Virus genome (UHGV): UHGV-0326656
DNA length: 41,916 nucleotides
Strand: one strand, 5' to 3'
Source: a virus
Positions 16,196 through 26,270 of the stretch are shown here, in pieces. The notes beneath the pieces were generated by a model. It saw only the letters and a program-made list of their open reading frames with translations. It made no database searches and was not told the origin of the DNA. The translations under genes and the position numbers were made by a program. Each line of letters starts with the position of its first letter. Position 1 is the first letter of the stretch.

Positions 16196-16581
16196 AGCTG
16201 ATCTTGCCTTTCCCGCCCAGCGTGAACACGTACTGGCGACACCCCAACAAAGGGGCGTTTGCTGGTAAGAGTCTGATAAGCGCGGCGGGGCGAAAATTCC
16301 AGAGCGCGGCGTGCGCAGCAATAGTTGAGCAGTTACGTCGTCTGCCGAAACCAACGTCGGCACCTGCTTCAGTGGAGATCGTGTTGTTTCCTCCGGATAA
16401 CCGGATCCGCGATCTGGACAACTATAACAAGGCGCTGTTTGACGCCCTGACCCACGCGGGTGTGTGGGAAGACGACAGTCAGGTGAAAAGAATGCTGGTG
16501 GAGTGGGGACCGGTTATCCCGGAAGGGAAGGTCGAGATCACTATCAGTAAGTACGAGAAAACGGCGGGTGCAGCCGCCTGA
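16192..16581 (+). CDS. rusA: RusA Holliday-junction resolvase
   Basis: ...DLDNYNKALFDALTHAGVWEDDSQV... RusA catalytic motif, 129 aa. Confidence 0.9.
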   Translation: MKLILPFPPSVNTYWRHPNKGAFAGKSLISAAGRKFQSAACAAIVEQLRRLPKPTSAPASVEIVLFPPDNRIRDLDNYNKALFDALTHAGVWEDDSQVKRMLVEWGPVIPEGKVEITISKYEKTAGAAA

Positions 16582-16600
16582 TCAAGAGGAGAAACGAAGT

Positions 16601-17398
16601 ATGAATAATCTGATGGTCATTGATGGTATTGAAGTTCGTCGTGATACTTATGGGCGTTACAGCCTGAACGATCTGCACAGGGCTGCCGGTTCTCTGGATA
16701 AGCATAAGCCTGCATTCTGGCTCCGCAATGAGCAAACTGAACGTTTAATAAGCGAGTTGCAGATTTGCAACTCGGTCAATATAGAGCCAGTTAACGTTAT
16801 TCGTGGCGGAAATAACCAGGGGACGTATGTCTGCAAAGAACTGGTGTATGCCTATGCAATGTGGATCAGCCCGTCATTCCATCTGAAGGTGATCCGTACT
16901 TTCGACATGGTAACCAGCGCACCGGAAAAATTATCCGGACAGGCTGCTGACAAGATGCAGGCTGGTGTGATTCTGCTGGACTTTATGCGCCGGGAATTAA
17001 ACCTGTCTAACTCTTCAGTGCTTGGTGCCTGTCAGAAGCTTCAGGAGGCTGTTGGCTTACCGAATCTGGCACCGCGCTATGCCATTGATGCTCCTGCTGA
17101 TGCACACGATGGCTCAAGTCGCCCGACACTGTCACTGAGTGCATTGCTGAAACAGTATGGTATCCGCCTGACGGCTAATCAGGCATATCACCAGATGGCG
17201 AAGCTGGGGATCGTCGAACAGCGCGAACGATACAGCCGTACCGCGATTAACAACATTAAAAAATTCTGGTCGCTGACGGCGAAAGGCTGCATGTTCGGCA
17301 AGAACATCACCAGTCCCGCAAATCCGCGCGAGACGCAGCCGCATTTCTTCGAATCCCGGTTCCCTGAGCTGTTAAAGCTGCTCGATACCGTTCATTGA
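16601..17398 (+). CDS. KilA-N domain protein
   Basis: MNNLMVIDGIEVRRDTYGRYSLNDLHRAAG...KPAFWLRNEQT KilA-N/APSES-type N-terminus; AGAGGAG ribosome-binding site. Confidence 0.7.
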   Translation: MNNLMVIDGIEVRRDTYGRYSLNDLHRAAGSLDKHKPAFWLRNEQTERLISELQICNSVNIEPVNVIRGGNNQGTYVCKELVYAYAMWISPSFHLKVIRTFDMVTSAPEKLSGQAADKMQAGVILLDFMRRELNLSNSSVLGACQKLQEAVGLPNLAPRYAIDAPADAHDGSSRPTLSLSALLKQYGIRLTANQAYHQMAKLGIVEQRERYSRTAINNIKKFWSLTAKGCMFGKNITSPANPRETQPHFFESRFPELLKLLDTVH

Positions 17399-17399
17399 G

Positions 17400-18395
17400 G
17401 TGACCGTGAGAGCACTACTGACCCCTGAAATTGCCCCGCGTATGGGGATCGTATTGTTCAGACCAGGTTCAGAGCTGATGCCCCTGTTTATGCAGGGGCG
17501 TGTCCTGCTGGAGCCTGAGCCGGAACGTTATTCATCTTTCCCCAGTGGTGCCGTTCCGGCGGCATCACAACCGCTGGCGGATGATCCTGCCGTTCGGGCC
17601 GTGTTCCGTAATGAGGCAGTGATCCGTCGTGCTGGTGGCGTGGAATGTCTTGAAAGCTGGTTACTTCGTGAAAAAGGCTGCCAGTGGCCTCATTCCGACT
17701 GGCACAGCGAGAACATGACCACAATGCGACACGCGCCGGGCGCGATCCGTCTGTGCTGGCACTGCGATAACCAGCTGCGCGATCAGTTCACGGAACGGCT
17801 GGAATCAATGGCAACGGATAACTGTGCCCGCTGGGTGTTGTCTGTTGTGCGTCGGGATCTCGGTTTTGATGACAGTCACGTTGTGACAATGCCGGAACTG
17901 TGCTGGTGGCTGGTTCGTAATGATCTGGCGGATGCCTTACCGGAAAGCGCAGCCCGTAAGGCACTGAGATTACCGAAGCCTGTTGTGCCGTCTGTCACCC
18001 GGGAAAGTGACCTTGTGCCTTCGGTTCCAGCCACCAGCATCATGCAGGATAAAGCGAAAAAGGTGCTGGCGCTGAAAGTGGAGCCGGAGTCGCCGGAGTC
18101 TTTTATGTTACGCCCCAAACGTCGCCGCTGGGTTAATGAAAAGTACACGCGCTGGGTTAAGACACAGCCGTGTGCATGTTGTGGAAAGCCTGCTGATGAT
18201 CCCCACCACCTGATAGGCCACGGTCAGGGTGGAATGGGTACAAAAGCGCATGACCTTTTTGTGTTGCCTTTGTGCAGAAAGCATCACGACGAGCTGCATG
18301 CGGATACCGTGGCATTTGAAGAGAAGTATGGTTCCCAGCTGGAGCTGATATTTCGTTTTATCGATCGTGCGCTGGCAATAGGCGTACTGGCGTAA
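17400..18395 (+). CDS. DUF968 phage protein (YdfU-like)
   Basis: C-terminal Cys/His cluster CACCGKPADDPHHLIGHGQGGMGTKAHDLFVLPLCRKHHDELH; sits between rusA and Q. Confidence 0.6.
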   Translation: MTVRALLTPEIAPRMGIVLFRPGSELMPLFMQGRVLLEPEPERYSSFPSGAVPAASQPLADDPAVRAVFRNEAVIRRAGGVECLESWLLREKGCQWPHSDWHSENMTTMRHAPGAIRLCWHCDNQLRDQFTERLESMATDNCARWVLSVVRRDLGFDDSHVVTMPELCWWLVRNDLADALPESAARKALRLPKPVVPSVTRESDLVPSVPATSIMQDKAKKVLALKVEPESPESFMLRPKRRRWVNEKYTRWVKTQPCACCGKPADDPHHLIGHGQGGMGTKAHDLFVLPLCRKHHDELHADTVAFEEKYGSQLELIFRFIDRALAIGVLA

Positions 18396-18408
18396 GTGGA
18401 GAACGAGC

Positions 18409-19161
18409 ATGAACCTTGAAGCCTTACCGAAATATTACTCCCCGAAATCTCCAAAACTGAGCGATGACGCACCGGCGACAGGCTCTGGTGGTTTAACGAT
18501 TACGGATGTGATGGCTGCGCAGGGGATGGTGCAGTCGAAAGCACCGCTTGGGTTTGCCTTATTCCTGGCAAAAGTTGGTGTTCAGGATCCTCAGTTTGCG
18601 ATTGAAGGTCTGCTCAATTACGCGATGGCACTGGATAACCCGACATTGAATAAATTGAGTGAAGAAACCCGGCTACAGATCATTCCTTACCTTGTGAATT
18701 TTGCCTTTGCTGATTATTCCAGGTCTGCGGCAAGTAAGGCTCGCTGTGAGCATTGTGCTGGTACTGGATTTCATAATGTATTGCGCGAAGTGGTGAAACA
18801 CTCCAGAAGCGGGGAGTCTGTTATCAAGGAAGAGTGGGTGAAGGAACTATGTCAGCATTGTCATGGTAAGGGAGAAGTCAGCACAGCGTGCAGAGGGTGT
18901 AAGGGTAAAGGTATTGTCCTGGATGAAAAAAGAACCCGGCTTCATGGTACGCCTGTTTATAAGATTTGTGGGCGTTGCAATGGAAAACGGTTTAGTCGTT
19001 TACCAACCACACTGGCGCGGCATCATGTCCAGAAACTGGTACCAGACCTGACGGATTATCAGTGGTACAAAGGATATGCAGATGTCATTGATAAACTGGT
19101 TACAAAGTGCTGGCAGGAGGAATCTTACGCTGAAGCACAATTGAGAAAGGTGACAAGATAA
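18409..19161 (+). CDS. late-gene antitermination protein Q
   Basis: 250 aa, MNLEALPKYYSPKSPKLSDDAPATG... with Cys-rich zinc-binding C-terminus; immediately upstream of the late region. Confidence 0.8.
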   Translation: MNLEALPKYYSPKSPKLSDDAPATGSGGLTITDVMAAQGMVQSKAPLGFALFLAKVGVQDPQFAIEGLLNYAMALDNPTLNKLSEETRLQIIPYLVNFAFADYSRSAASKARCEHCAGTGFHNVLREVVKHSRSGESVIKEEWVKELCQHCHGKGEVSTACRGCKGKGIVLDEKRTRLHGTPVYKICGRCNGKRFSRLPTTLARHHVQKLVPDLTDYQWYKGYADVIDKLVTKCWQEESYAEAQLRKVTR

Positions 19162-19363
19162 GTGATCTTCGCCGAAAATGGTGACATCATGCTTGCAATT
19201 TTCAAAAAACATGGATAAGATTTTCTCAACGATGGGCTTTATGTATCTGCTGTTGATAACCTTCAAGAACTCGCCATTGAGCGGGTTTTTTATTGTGTAA
19301 AAACAGAATGACGGTATTAATTAGTAATATAATTATTCGACCATACAACTAGGGGTCGAAAAA

Positions 19364-20149
19364 ATGTATGTTTTTGAGTTAATCAAGCCAGGCAGTAATC
19401 TTAAGTTTGAAAACAGAGAGTTAGAATGGACGTTTAATAACTTATTATCCCATTTAGAAACTGCATTTTATGATGCTAATGTAGCATTAAATTTATTCGA
19501 ACAGGAAAGAACTAAGAATAACAGTAAATTCGATAATATTTCTCAGACATGGCAAGCTGATGTACAGAAACGACAAGCACTGGAAATGCTGGTTCGTAAA
19601 GAGTTTGGTTATCAACCTTATGAATATTCAGAACAGGTTTTTTCAGAGGTCGAGCTACGTCTAAAAAGAGAAAAATGGAATAACGGTGAATATCCGTTGG
19701 CTCATCAACACAGATTGATCTTCTTACATGCAAAATCATTTCTCTACGCTTTGGATGCTATTGATAAATTTTTAAAGGTAATTTCAAAAGAAAATGGCGC
19801 GCCAGAGAACATTAAAAAATTGCATGAACAGCTTTCTAAAGACTTTCCGGATTTAAGAAAGGTAAGGAATTCAGCTCAACACATGGAAGACAGAGTTCGT
19901 GGGCTTGGTGCAGAGAAAGAACCAAAGCCAATAAAACTCAAACCTGTAAATAATATTCATGTTGTTGCACCTCAGGGGGCATTGATGTTGAATAACTTAT
20001 TCGGAACTAAATTTGGGTGCACTATGGCTGATGGCTATTATGGTGAAGTAGATATTTCGACAGAGTCTTTGGCAAAGTTGCAAAATTTAATCCAAAAAGT
20101 TTTTAATTCCTTCAGTTGGGAAGGACCAAAGCAACACCTTCCCCGATAA
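19364..20149 (+). CDS. hypothetical protein, 261 aa, AT-rich moron with an Rx4H (HEPN-like) motif
   Basis: Lies between Q and the holin; motif RNSAQH; followed by its own terminator. Confidence 0.6.
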   Translation: MYVFELIKPGSNLKFENRELEWTFNNLLSHLETAFYDANVALNLFEQERTKNNSKFDNISQTWQADVQKRQALEMLVRKEFGYQPYEYSEQVFSEVELRLKREKWNNGEYPLAHQHRLIFLHAKSFLYALDAIDKFLKVISKENGAPENIKKLHEQLSKDFPDLRKVRNSAQHMEDRVRGLGAEKEPKPIKLKPVNNIHVVAPQGALMLNNLFGTKFGCTMADGYYGEVDISTESLAKLQNLIQKVFNSFSWEGPKQHLPR

Positions 20150-20168
20150 CATTTTCTTTTTTATTGAA

Positions 20169-20196
20169 AGCCGCCAAATAATTGGCGGCTTTTTTA
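20169..20196 (+). terminator. rho-independent terminator after the post-Q moron
   Basis: GCCGCCAA-ATAA-TTGGCGGC followed by TTTTTT. Confidence 0.8.
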
Positions 20197-20238
20197 TTTC
20201 ACAGTACCCGCAAATATCGCGAGGTGAGAGATGACGAA

Positions 20239-20565
20239 ATGCCTCATAACCCAAATACCTGGCTGGACTTGGTCCAGAGCTGGTGGCGTGGAGACACACC
20301 GCTGGGCGCAGTGATTATGTCGATTGTTATGGCTGGCTTGCGCATTGCATATTTTGGCGGTGGTGGGGGCTGGAAACGAAAAACACTCGAGATTTTGCTC
20401 TGTGGTGCTCTGACGCTGACTTTTGCATCCGCTCTTGAGTATGTCGGATGGCCTAAATCTCTTTCTGTTGCCATTGGTGGTGGCGTTGGGTTGATCGGTG
20501 TCGATGCTATTCGTGGGGCTGCAATGAGTGTAATCGGTAATAAGTTTGGTGGCTCTAAGGAGTAA
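20239..20565 (+). CDS. holin
   Basis: Two or three hydrophobic helices (AVIMSIVMAGLRIAYFGG, LEILLCGALTLTFASAL, SVAIGGGVGLIGV), charged C-terminus, directly upstream of the endolysin; the longer ORF in the track begins inside the terminator. Confidence 0.75.
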   Translation: MPHNPNTWLDLVQSWWRGDTPLGAVIMSIVMAGLRIAYFGGGGGWKRKTLEILLCGALTLTFASALEYVGWPKSLSVAIGGGVGLIGVDAIRGAAMSVIGNKFGGSKE

Positions 20566-20568
20566 TTT

Positions 20569-21045
20569 ATGCAGGTACTAAATTCCCAGCGTAAAGCTTT
20601 CCTTGATATGGTGGCTTGGTCAGAAGGAACGGATAACGGACGACAACCGACACGTAACCACGGTTATGACGTTATTGTCGGTGGTGAACTCTTCACTGAT
20701 TACTCCGATCACCCTCGCAAACTTGTCACGCTAAACCCGAAACTCAAGTCAACAGCCGCCGGACGTTACCAGCTTCTTTCACGCTGGTGGGATGCTTACC
20801 GTAAACAGCTTGGCCTGAAAGATTTTTCTCCAGAAAGCCAGGACGCTGTAGCTCTGCAGCAGATTAAAGAGCGTGGCGCTTTACCGATGATTGACCGCGG
20901 CAATATTCGTCAGGCAATCGACCGTTGCAGCAATATCTGGGCGTCGTTACCAGGTGCAGGTTACGGTCAGTATGAACATAAAATCGGCGACCTGATTGCC
21001 CGATTTAAAGAGGCTGGTGGGGTAGTAAATGAAGCTGAGATATAA
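20569..21045 (+). CDS. endolysin, lambda R-type lytic transglycosylase
   Basis: MQVLNSQRKAFLDMVAWSEGTDNGRQPTRNHGYDVIVGGELFTDYSDHPRKLVTLNPKLKSTAAGRYQLLSRWWDAYRKQLGL... closely matches lambda R. Confidence 0.95.
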   Translation: MQVLNSQRKAFLDMVAWSEGTDNGRQPTRNHGYDVIVGGELFTDYSDHPRKLVTLNPKLKSTAAGRYQLLSRWWDAYRKQLGLKDFSPESQDAVALQQIKERGALPMIDRGNIRQAIDRCSNIWASLPGAGYGQYEHKIGDLIARFKEAGGVVNEAEI

Positions 21046-21421
21046 GCTGGTTATTGTTGCCTTCTTTGTTACCGTCATTGGTTCCTTCATCTGGTCTGTC
21101 GGGCATTACTACAGCAAATATCAGCACGAAAAGGAGCGTGCTGATGAGGCTGTACGAAATGCTGAATCGGCAACTGCCATTACCAATAACGTCCTGCAAT
21201 CAATACAAATCGTAAATACAGCACTGGAGGCTAGCCAGCATGCAAAACAACAAATCGCACTGGAGTCACAGAGAACCCAGGAAGATATCAAAGTGGCTGT
21301 TGCGAATGATGATTGCGCTTCACGTCCTGTGCCTGCTGCCGCTACTGACCGGTTGCGGAAGTACGCGGACAGTTTACGTGAGCACCCCAGTAGCACCACT
21401 GTCAACCACCCTAACTTCTGA
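21029..21421 (+). CDS. Rz-like inner-membrane spanin
   Basis: N-terminal transmembrane helix (LVIVAFFVTVIGSFIW) then coiled-coil region; overlaps the endolysin stop. Confidence 0.75.
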   Translation: MKLRYKLVIVAFFVTVIGSFIWSVGHYYSKYQHEKERADEAVRNAESATAITNNVLQSIQIVNTALEASQHAKQQIALESQRTQEDIKVAVANDDCASRPVPAAATDRLRKYADSLREHPSSTTVNHPNF

Positions 21422-21554
21422 AACACCGATTCCAATTATACCTAGTCCACTGACATATGGTGCTAGCCTAGACCTGAATGCAAGTTTGTTATCTGCATTA
21501 GGGCAGTGCAATAGAGATAAAAAGGCTATCCGCAGTATAAACAATGCTAGATGA
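21306..21554 (+). CDS. Rz1-like outer-membrane lipoprotein spanin
   Basis: MMIALHVLCLLPLLTGCGS lipobox followed by Pro-rich sequence; +1 frame inside Rz and running past its end. Confidence 0.65.
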   Translation: MMIALHVLCLLPLLTGCGSTRTVYVSTPVAPLSTTLTSETPIPIIPSPLTYGASLDLNASLLSALGQCNRDKKAIRSINNAR

Positions 21555-21632
21555 AGATTTTAATTTAAATTGAAGATGCCTATTACTAGACATCTTTATA
21601 ATTTATGCTCAAACCAAAGTGGATTTGTAATA

Positions 21633-22007
21633 TTAAAGACTATTTAGGAGACTCTGAATAATAGGCCATAAAGTTAATGTGTTTGCACCAGCTGAGTAAA
21701 ATCGCTCCATCAGTTGTAGAGGTGTTGATGACTGATTAAACTTGATATCATTTAAAATGTCGTATATTTCTTGTAGCTTCTCTGCACCAAGTTTATCGTT
21801 AATTTCACTTAAGTTATTTTGTATGGCGATTTCTGCTTCTTTTATAAGCCGAACTGTTTCTGCTGAGTAATGAATATTGTTGGAAAGAAAAGTATTAGCT
21901 GAATCAATAATTTCATAACCAACATCAGCACCAAATGATTTGTTTCCAATTATTTTGATGTTTTCGCATCCCTCAATGCGATAAGCAACGGTTTTCTTTT
22001 CACTCAT
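21633..22007 (-). CDS. hypothetical protein, 124 aa, AT-rich reverse-strand moron
   Basis: Minus-strand ORF between Rz1 and HNH, the slot lambda uses for bor; AT-rich flanks; no signal peptide or recognisable family. Confidence 0.55.
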   Translation of the reverse strand: MSEKKTVAYRIEGCENIKIIGNKSFGADVGYEIIDSANTFLSNNIHYSAETVRLIKEAEIAIQNNLSEINDKLGAEKLQEIYDILNDIKFNQSSTPLQLMERFYSAGANTLTLWPIIQSLLNSL

Positions 22008-22134
22008 GTTATAACCTGTGTTTAGTTACTTTTATTAGAACCTTGTTATCAGATTTTTCTCATAAAGGAAAGAGTGAAAGAGAAAAATGAATCTCTTTTG
22101 TCAAATATGTCTATCAGATTAAAGAGAGTATTTT

Positions 22135-22485
22135 ATGCCAGCACTGATACCTAGAGCCTGCCGTGTTCGCGGCTGCCACCATACCACTACTGACCCGTCA
22201 GGCTATTGTGAAAGCCATAAAAGCGAAGGCTGGAAGCAATACAAGCCAGGCCAGTCCCGTCATCAGCGCGGCTACGGTTCGAAGTGGGACAGTATCCGCG
22301 CGCGCGTCCTGAAGCGTGACAAAGGTTTATGTCAGTTATGTCTGCGTGCCGGTGTGGTGCGTGAAGCTAAAACCGTTGACCACATCATCCCTAAAGCGCA
22401 TGGCGGCACCGATGCAGACAGTAATCTGCAGAGCCTGTGCTGGCCGTGCCATAAGACGAAGACGGCCCGTGAACGGCTAAAGTGA
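22135..22485 (+). CDS. HNH endonuclease (terminase-associated)
   Basis: Cys-rich N-terminus and ...VDHIIPKAHGGTDADSNLQSLCWPCH... HNH motif; directly upstream of terminase genes. Confidence 0.9.
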   Translation: MPALIPRACRVRGCHHTTTDPSGYCESHKSEGWKQYKPGQSRHQRGYGSKWDSIRARVLKRDKGLCQLCLRAGVVREAKTVDHIIPKAHGGTDADSNLQSLCWPCHKTKTARERLK

Positions 22486-22512
22486 TAATAATTCTCAACT
22501 GCCTGAGGGGAG

Positions 22513-22572
22513 GGGCGGGTCAAATCCCTGTGGCCTGACGTCTTCCGGACTGCCCGCCCCATCGTTTTTTTA
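22513..22572 (+). other. GC-rich inverted repeat plus T-run between HNH and terminase small subunit; candidate cos region or terminator
   Basis: GGGGCGGG ... CCCGCCCC (8-bp stem, about 32-nt loop) followed by ATCG and TTTTTTT. Confidence 0.35.
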
Positions 22573-22610
22573 TACCCGCGAAAAATGAAATTTAACCAGG
22601 AGTGCCGCAT

Positions 22611-23105
22611 ATGGCTGGAACGGCGGGGCGTTCCGGGCGTCGCCCCAAGCCAACGGCGCGCAAGGCGCTGGCCGGAAACCCCGGCAAGCGAGCCCTGAAC
22701 AAAGATGAACCTGTTTTTACGCCCATCAAAGGTGTTGAGCCACCGGAGTGGTTCGCAGAAGAAGATCTCCCTCTCGCCACGATCATGTGGCAACTGACAA
22801 CCAAAGAACTCTGCGGTCAGGGCCTGCTGTGCGTGACTGACCTGGCGGTACTTGAGCGGTGGTGCGTGGCCTATGAGTTCTGGCGACGTGCCGTGAAAAA
22901 TATTGCCAGACAGGGCAACACCATCACCGGTGCAATGGGCGGCATGGTCAAAAATCCGGAGCTGACCGCCAAAAAAGAACAGGAGTCCGAGATGAGCAGT
23001 ACGGGGGCAATGCTCGGACTCGACCCCAGCAGCCGCCAGCGTCTGATTGGCCTGGCGGGGCAGAAGAAAGCCACTAACCCGTTTCTGAAAATCATCGAAT
23101 CATGA
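22611..23105 (+). CDS. terminase small subunit
   Basis: 164 aa, basic N-terminus, AGGAG ribosome-binding site 9 nt upstream; immediately precedes the large subunit. Confidence 0.8.
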   Translation: MAGTAGRSGRRPKPTARKALAGNPGKRALNKDEPVFTPIKGVEPPEWFAEEDLPLATIMWQLTTKELCGQGLLCVTDLAVLERWCVAYEFWRRAVKNIARQGNTITGAMGGMVKNPELTAKKEQESEMSSTGAMLGLDPSSRQRLIGLAGQKKATNPFLKIIES

Positions 23106-24835
23106 GCCGGAAATCTTACCCCAACGTAAATGCTGCCAATCAGTATGCCCGTGATGTCGTGCGCGGAAAGATTGTGGCCTGCCAGTTTGTGATTCAGGCC
23201 TGCCAGCGCCATCTTGATGACCTGATGGAGGAAAAAAGTAAGTCGTTTCGTTACCGCTTCGACAAGGACCTGGCTGAACGGGCCGCGAAATTTATTCAGC
23301 TGTTGCCGCACACCAAGGGTGAGTGGGCATTTAAGAGGATGCCCATCACGCTGGAGCCGTGGCAGCTCTTTGTGATCTGCTGCGCGTTTGGCTGGGTCAA
23401 TAAAGGCTCCCGGCTGCGCCGCTTCCGTGAGGTGTATACCGAAATCCCCCGTAAGAACGGCAAATCGGCAATCTCTGCCGGTGTCGCCCTGTATTGTTTT
23501 GCCTGTGATAACGAGTTCGGCGCGGAAGTGTATTCCGGTGCCACGACGGAGAAACAGGCATGGGAAGTCTTTCGTCCGGCAAGACTGATGTGTAAACGCA
23601 CACCCATGCTGACGGAAGCGTTCGGGATTGAGGTTAACGCCTCAAACATGAACCGTCCGGAGGATGGTGCGCGTTTTGAACCGCTGATCGGTAACCCCGG
23701 TGATGGTTCATCACCCCACTGTGCGGTGGTGGATGAATATCACGAGCACGCCACAGATGCGCTTTACACCACGATGCTTACCGGGATGGGGGCGCGACGT
23801 CAGCCACTGATGTGGGCTATCACTACCGCCGGGTACAACATTGAGGGGCCGTGCTACGACAAACGGCGGGAAGTCATCGAGATGCTCAACGGCTCGGTGC
23901 CTAACGATGAACTGTTCGGGATCATCTATACCGTTGATGAAGGTGACGACTGGACCGACCCGCAGGTGCTGGAAAAAGCCAATCCAAATATTGGCGTGTC
24001 GGTTTATCGCGAATTTTTGTTAAGTCAGCAGCAGCGTGCGAAAAATAACGCCCGTCTGGCAAACGTCTTTAAAACAAAACACCTCAATATCTGGGTGTCG
24101 GCGCGTTCGGCGTATTTCAACCTGGTGAGCTGGCAGAGCTGCGAGGATAAATCACTGACCCTTGAGCAGTTCGAGGGGCAGCCGTGCATTCTGGCCTTTG
24201 ACCTGGCGCGTAAGCTGGATATGAACAGCATGGCGCGACTTTATACCCGCGAGATTGACGGTAAAACGCATTACTACAGTGTGGCCCCGCGTTTCTGGGT
24301 ACCGTATGACACGGTGTACAGCGTCGAGAAAAATGAAGATCGACGGACAGCCGAACGCTTTCAGAAATGGGTGGAAATGGGCGTTCTGACCGTTACCGAT
24401 GGTGCGGAGGTGGATTATCGCTACATCCTCGAGGAGGCCAAAGCGGCGAACAAAATCAGCCCGGTCAGTGAGTCACCCATCGACCCCTTCGGGGCGACCG
24501 GGTTGTCACATGACCTTGCTGATGAAGACCTGAACCCCATCACTATCATTCAGAACTACACCAACATGTCCGACCCGATGAAAGAGCTGGAAGCGGCAAT
24601 TGAATCGGGGCGCTTTCATCATGATGGCAATCCCATCATGACCTGGTGTATCGGCAACGTGGTCGGCAAAACCATTCCGGGTAACGATGATGTGGTGAAG
24701 CCCGTCAAAGAGCAGGCGGAAAACAAAATCGATGGTGCAGTTGCGCTGATTATGGCGGTTGGCAGAGCCATGCTGTATGAGAAAGAAGACACTCTGTCCG
24801 ACCACATTGAGTCCTACGGGATCCGCTCGCTTTAA
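23102..24835 (+). CDS. terminase large subunit
   Basis: 577 aa with Walker A-like EIPRKNGKS and nuclease-domain acidic residues. Confidence 0.9.
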   Translation: MSRKSYPNVNAANQYARDVVRGKIVACQFVIQACQRHLDDLMEEKSKSFRYRFDKDLAERAAKFIQLLPHTKGEWAFKRMPITLEPWQLFVICCAFGWVNKGSRLRRFREVYTEIPRKNGKSAISAGVALYCFACDNEFGAEVYSGATTEKQAWEVFRPARLMCKRTPMLTEAFGIEVNASNMNRPEDGARFEPLIGNPGDGSSPHCAVVDEYHEHATDALYTTMLTGMGARRQPLMWAITTAGYNIEGPCYDKRREVIEMLNGSVPNDELFGIIYTVDEGDDWTDPQVLEKANPNIGVSVYREFLLSQQQRAKNNARLANVFKTKHLNIWVSARSAYFNLVSWQSCEDKSLTLEQFEGQPCILAFDLARKLDMNSMARLYTREIDGKTHYYSVAPRFWVPYDTVYSVEKNEDRRTAERFQKWVEMGVLTVTDGAEVDYRYILEEAKAANKISPVSESPIDPFGATGLSHDLADEDLNPITIIQNYTNMSDPMKELEAAIESGRFHHDGNPIMTWCIGNVVGKTIPGNDDVVKPVKEQAENKIDGAVALIMAVGRAMLYEKEDTLSDHIESYGIRSL

Positions 24836-24846
24836 CTGAGGTAATT

Positions 24847-25029
24847 ATGATCATGCTGATTCTCGCGCCTCTGGTGGGCGTGCTGGGGGTGCTTTTGCTG
24901 GCGTATGGTGCCTGGCTGATTTATCCCCCGGCGGGGTTTGTTGTTGCCGGGGCGTTGTGCCTGTTCTGGTCGTGGCTGGTGGCGCGATATCTCGACCGTA
25001 CACAGTCGTCTGTCGGCGGAGGTAAATAG
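24847..25029 (+). CDS. small hydrophobic protein, 60 aa
   Basis: Two predicted transmembrane helices ([26 protein letters not shown] / [18 protein letters not shown]); between terminase and portal. Confidence 0.45.
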   Translation: MIMLILAPLVGVLGVLLLAYGAWLIYPPAGFVVAGALCLFWSWLVARYLDRTQSSVGGGK

Positions 25030-26270
25030 TGTTCTTTTCGGGATTATTTCAACGAAAAAGTGACGCACCGATGACCACGCCAGCAGAGCTGGCGGATGCT
25101 ATCGGGTTGTCCTACGACACCTATACCGGAAAGCAGATCAGCAGCCAGCGGGCCATGCGACTGACGGCGGTTTTTTCCTGTGTCAGGGTGCTGGCGGAGT
25201 CGGTCGGGATGTTGCCCTGCAACCTGTATCACCTGAACGGCAGCCTGAAGCAGAGAGCCACTGGCGAACGTCTGCATAAGCTGATCTCCACGCATCCCAA
25301 TGGCTATATGACGCCGCAGGAGTTCTGGGAGCTGGTGGTCACCTGTCTGTGCCTGCGGGGAAACTTTTACGCCTACAAAGTGAAAGCATTTGGCGAAGTG
25401 GCTGAACTGCTGCCCGTCGATCCCGGCTGTGTGGTACCGAAGCTTAACAGTAGCTGGGAGCCGGTCTATCAGGTCACATTCCCGGATGGCTCCACGGATG
25501 TACTGAGCCAGGAAGATATCTGGCATGTGCGCACGCTGACGCTGGACGGACTGGTGGGGCTGAATCCCATCGCCTATGCCCGCGAGGCAATATCGCTGGC
25601 GGCAGCGACCGAAGAGCACGGGGCCAGACTGTTCAGCAATGGCGCGGTGACGTCGGGTGTGTTGCGTACAGAGCAGACGCTGTCAGATCAGGCTTATGAG
25701 CGCCTGAAGAAAGATTTTGAGGAGCGTCACACCGGGCTTGGCAATGCTCACCGCCCGATGATCCTTGAGATGGGGCTGGACTGGAAGTCGATGGCGCTGA
25801 ACGCCGAGGACAGCCAGTTCCTGGAAACCCGCAAGTTTCAGCTTGAAGAAATCTGTCGTCTGTTCCGGGTGCCATTGCACATGGTGCAGAACACCGATCG
25901 CGCCACCTTCAACAATATCGAAGAGCTGGGGCTGGGATTTATCAACTATTCACTGGTGCCGTATCTGACCCGCATTGAGCAGCGGATCAACACCGGACTG
26001 GTACGAAAAAGTAAGCAGGGCGTTTATTACGCCAAATTTAACGCCGGGGCCTTACTGCGCGGGGATATGAAGTCCCGTTTTGAAGCCTACGCTACCGGGA
26101 TCAACTGGGGAATTTACTCTCCCAATGACTGCCGCGACCTGGAAGATATGAATCCGCGTCCCGGTGGTGATGTCTATCTCACACCGATGAACATGACCAC
26201 GAAACCCTCCGATGGCAGTAAAGCCGGTAAGCAGAAGGATAACGCCAATGCAGACGAAACAACGTCTTGA
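25029..26270 (+). CDS. portal protein (HK97 family)
   Basis: 413 aa, GTG start with GGAGG ribosome-binding site; position and length typical of an HK97-type portal. Confidence 0.85.
   Translation: MFFSGLFQRKSDAPMTTPAELADAIGLSYDTYTGKQISSQRAMRLTAVFSCVRVLAESVGMLPCNLYHLNGSLKQRATGERLHKLISTHPNGYMTPQEFWELVVTCLCLRGNFYAYKVKAFGEVAELLPVDPGCVVPKLNSSWEPVYQVTFPDGSTDVLSQEDIWHVRTLTLDGLVGLNPIAYAREAISLAAATEEHGARLFSNGAVTSGVLRTEQTLSDQAYERLKKDFEERHTGLGNAHRPMILEMGLDWKSMALNAEDSQFLETRKFQLEEICRLFRVPLHMVQNTDRATFNNIEELGLGFINYSLVPYLTRIEQRINTGLVRKSKQGVYYAKFNAGALLRGDMKSRFEAYATGINWGIYSPNDCRDLEDMNPRPGGDVYLTPMNMTTKPSDGSKAGKQKDNANADETTS

Noticed and set aside
20182-20238. N-terminal extension of the holin ORF
   Set aside because: The extension begins inside the terminator hairpin of the preceding moron; ATG at 20239 is the more plausible start.
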